Below, in pieces: positions 61,861-64,000 of a stretch of DNA of 64,000 nucleotides. The notes beneath the pieces are model-generated. The model saw only the letters and a program-made list of their open reading frames with translations. It had not been told where the DNA came from and did no database searches. Numbering within the stretch: the stretch's first letter is position 1; every line of letters begins with the position of its first letter. The position numbers were made by a program, and so were the translations under genes. Source of the stretch: Tubulanus polymorphus (lineage: Eukaryota; Animalia; Nemertea); NCBI RefSeq assembly GCF_964204645.1, contig NC_134036.1:9713859-9777858 (forward strand), read 5' to 3'.

Positions 61861-62457
61861 CTGTCTATCTGTCTGTTTGTCTGACAGTAGAGAAGTGGAT
61901 GGGAAATGGGCAACTCTATGGTTTTTAAACCATAGAGTTATGTTCGGGTTTAATCCCTCCCGCTCGCTCTACTGTCAGCCGATTAAATATTAATGTATTC
62001 TGTTTGTCTATGTCTGTCTGTCTGTCTATCTGTCTGTTTGTCTGACAGTAGAGAAGTGGATGGGAAATGGGCAACTCTATGGTTTTTAAACCATAGAGTT
62101 ATGTTCGGGTTTAATCCCTCCCGCTCGCTCTACTGTCAGCCGATTAAATATTAATGTATTCTGTTTGTCTATGTCTGTCTGTCTATCTGTCTGTTTGTCT
62201 GACAGTAGAGAAGTGGATGGGAAATGGGCAACTCTATGGTTTTTAAACCATAGAGTTATGTTCGGGTTTAATCCCTCCCGCTCGCTCTACTGTCAGCCGA
62301 TTAAATATTAATGTATTCTGTCTGTCTATGTCTGTCTGTCAGTCTATCTGTCTGTTTGTCTGACAGTAGAGAAGTGGATGGGAAATGGGCAACTCTATGG
62401 TTTTTAAACCGTAGAGTTATGTTCAGGTTTAATCCCTCCCGCTCGCTCTACTGTCAG
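61861..62457. repeat. Four ~160-bp tandem units, each a nested hairpin
   Basis: CTGACAGTAGAG at 61881, 62042, 62199 and 62360 pairs with CTCTACTGTCAG; inner palindrome AACTCTATGGTTT-TT-AAACCATAGAGTT. Confidence 0.92.
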
Positions 62458-62804
62458 CGGCTGTAAACGTTTCAATAAAATCTTAATCTACTTACAACAA
62501 TCCTTTCTACTTCACATCGGCATCACTTGAATTTAACTCTTGGAAATATCGCATCATCGCAGTATGTCATCTCCAGTAGGCTATGTCCTAATGAGTACAA
62601 CAACAAAAATTTAGACAAAATATCGAGGTCAAGGGACTGACTAGCACAAAGCTGAAATAATTTTTGTGACAGCTTCTTTTTACAAATTGATTCACTTATG
62701 GCACCTCAGACTCAAAGACAAATTTCGCTAGTCCCAGTCAGACGAATCTCGCCACCCGGCCCCCCACAGTCCCAGTCCCGAATGACAAGAATTTTTAATT
62801 TCAT

Positions 62805-63275
62805 CACAGGCACTTGAATATGGGCTTTGACCTTGTTGGTGTGTTAAAAATGATAAAATTTATTGTAATTTACGATAAAAACACCACGAAGTGGCATCGC
62901 AAATTTTCAAAAATCAATTTTGTTGCCAGTTGAAATCTTTAACGGAGCTAAAACAGTGTCAATATTTCCAAAAAATCATCTACAATTGAAATTATGGGCG
63001 TTCCTTGTATTTCAGGATTAAAATTAACACTTGGGACGTACTTCGGCAATCATCGGCAGTGTTCGGCTGTCCCGATAGTTGCGGGTAGATTTAAGCATTA
63101 CGGAGATAGGAGCGTTTCCAGCCTTTCTGTATAGTATAGTTAGACGAGGGGCACGCGTTGCATCACGGGTAACTTCATTATAAAACATGGCGGATTATCG
63201 AAGTCAGGAATAACATATCGCTGGTGAATTATTAAATATTTATCCATTATCAAAGCCCATATTCAAGTGCCTGTG
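62805..63275. mobile_element. MITE with 26-bp perfect TIRs and a 7-bp TSD (P-element-like)
   Basis: TIR CACAGGCACTTGAATATGGGCTTTGA; TSD ATTTCAT (62798-62804, 63276-63282). Confidence 0.85.
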
Positions 63276-64000
63276 ATTTCATAGGCTATTCCAATCATGT
63301 GGTCTAAGGATGACATGTAAGACAAATTGGCTTTCCTTTTGTCTCTTTCTCTGAGAAAACCACAGGACATTGGGGCCTAGGCCTACTACTATTTGCTGCT
63401 CTAATCGCTAAGTAGACTGTCTGTGCCAACTTACTCGACCGGACATTAACTGACGAACTGTTAGTGTTCCCTGCTATTTTAGGCCTACACTACTACTCGC
63501 TTTTGCCACACTCAGCGCTAGTCGGAGCTAAAAAGTGCATGCTCCGATCAGCAGTAGACTCTTCCCGGACATATATGTCGTAAAATACCCTTTGAGTAGT
63601 GTTATTACTATTTTCCGAGGATTTTAGGCCTAAACAAAGTGAAACAGCTGAGAGTTACTTCCGGGTAGCAACGCGACTAAAAGATGGAGATTAAGTTTAT
63701 TTTCGCTTGCCGGTGAAGATTAAAACGGGTAAATTCTTAGAGGAAATTAATTATAAATACTACTCACACATATTACAACTATATTGTGTTTTTACTTACT
63801 ATACATTTTCGAAATATAATCGACTGTTAAGGATCGGTATTGAACGCTCGCGCCGGCTTGCCGACTGCTTGAAGCGGCAGCCATTACAGATACACGGAAT
63901 ATTCCCAGCGGCCTTTGCGAATTTCTTAGAAAAGCACCTTGCCGCAGGTGGTTGTGGCAGGTGCGAGTTGACACTTTGTACAGCCGTGTTTCCATGCATA

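Larger units (their letters stand above)
57220..63988 (+). mobile_element. Complete Chapaev-type DNA transposon (6,769 bp)
   Basis: TIR CACGGCTGTAC / GTACAGCCGTG; 4-bp TSD TTTC (57216-57219, 63989-63992); uninterrupted transposase ORF. Confidence 0.9.

Noticed and set aside
61861-62457. CRISPR-like array (also considered for 48597-48800 and 25233-25575)
   Set aside because: Whole units repeat with no unique spacers, there are no cas genes, and the context is eukaryotic.

Overview
AT-rich, repeat-dense eukaryotic DNA, probably from a marine invertebrate. No clear host gene, rRNA, tRNA or CRISPR array is present. The centrepiece is a complete 18.6-kb Polinton/Maverick endogenous virus (23613-42221, 6-bp TSD CATATT). 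It encodes pPolB, rve integrase, packaging ATPase, major and minor capsid proteins, an HNH nuclease and a cluster of membrane proteins, but no recognisable adenain protease. Two features are unusual. First, 14 of its 16 genes start in TAAATG, and 8 of them have a T5-7-N6-8-TAAATG layout like poxvirus late promoters, suggesting a satellite of a cytoplasmic pox-like virus. Second, the outer ~400 bp of each terminal inverted repeat is itself an imperfect hairpin. The window also holds a complete Chapaev-type transposon (57220-63988; CAC termini, 4-bp TSD) whose RAG1/Transib-like transposase has a PHD finger inserted in the catalytic core, plus four decayed relatives. The rest comprises L2 and CR1 LINE relics, Gypsy relics with zinc-finger accessory ORFs, a spliced MULE transposase fragment, tyrosine-recombinase relics, nested MITEs and a CTCF-motif satellite. 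All family assignments come from motif recognition by eye, not from database searches.
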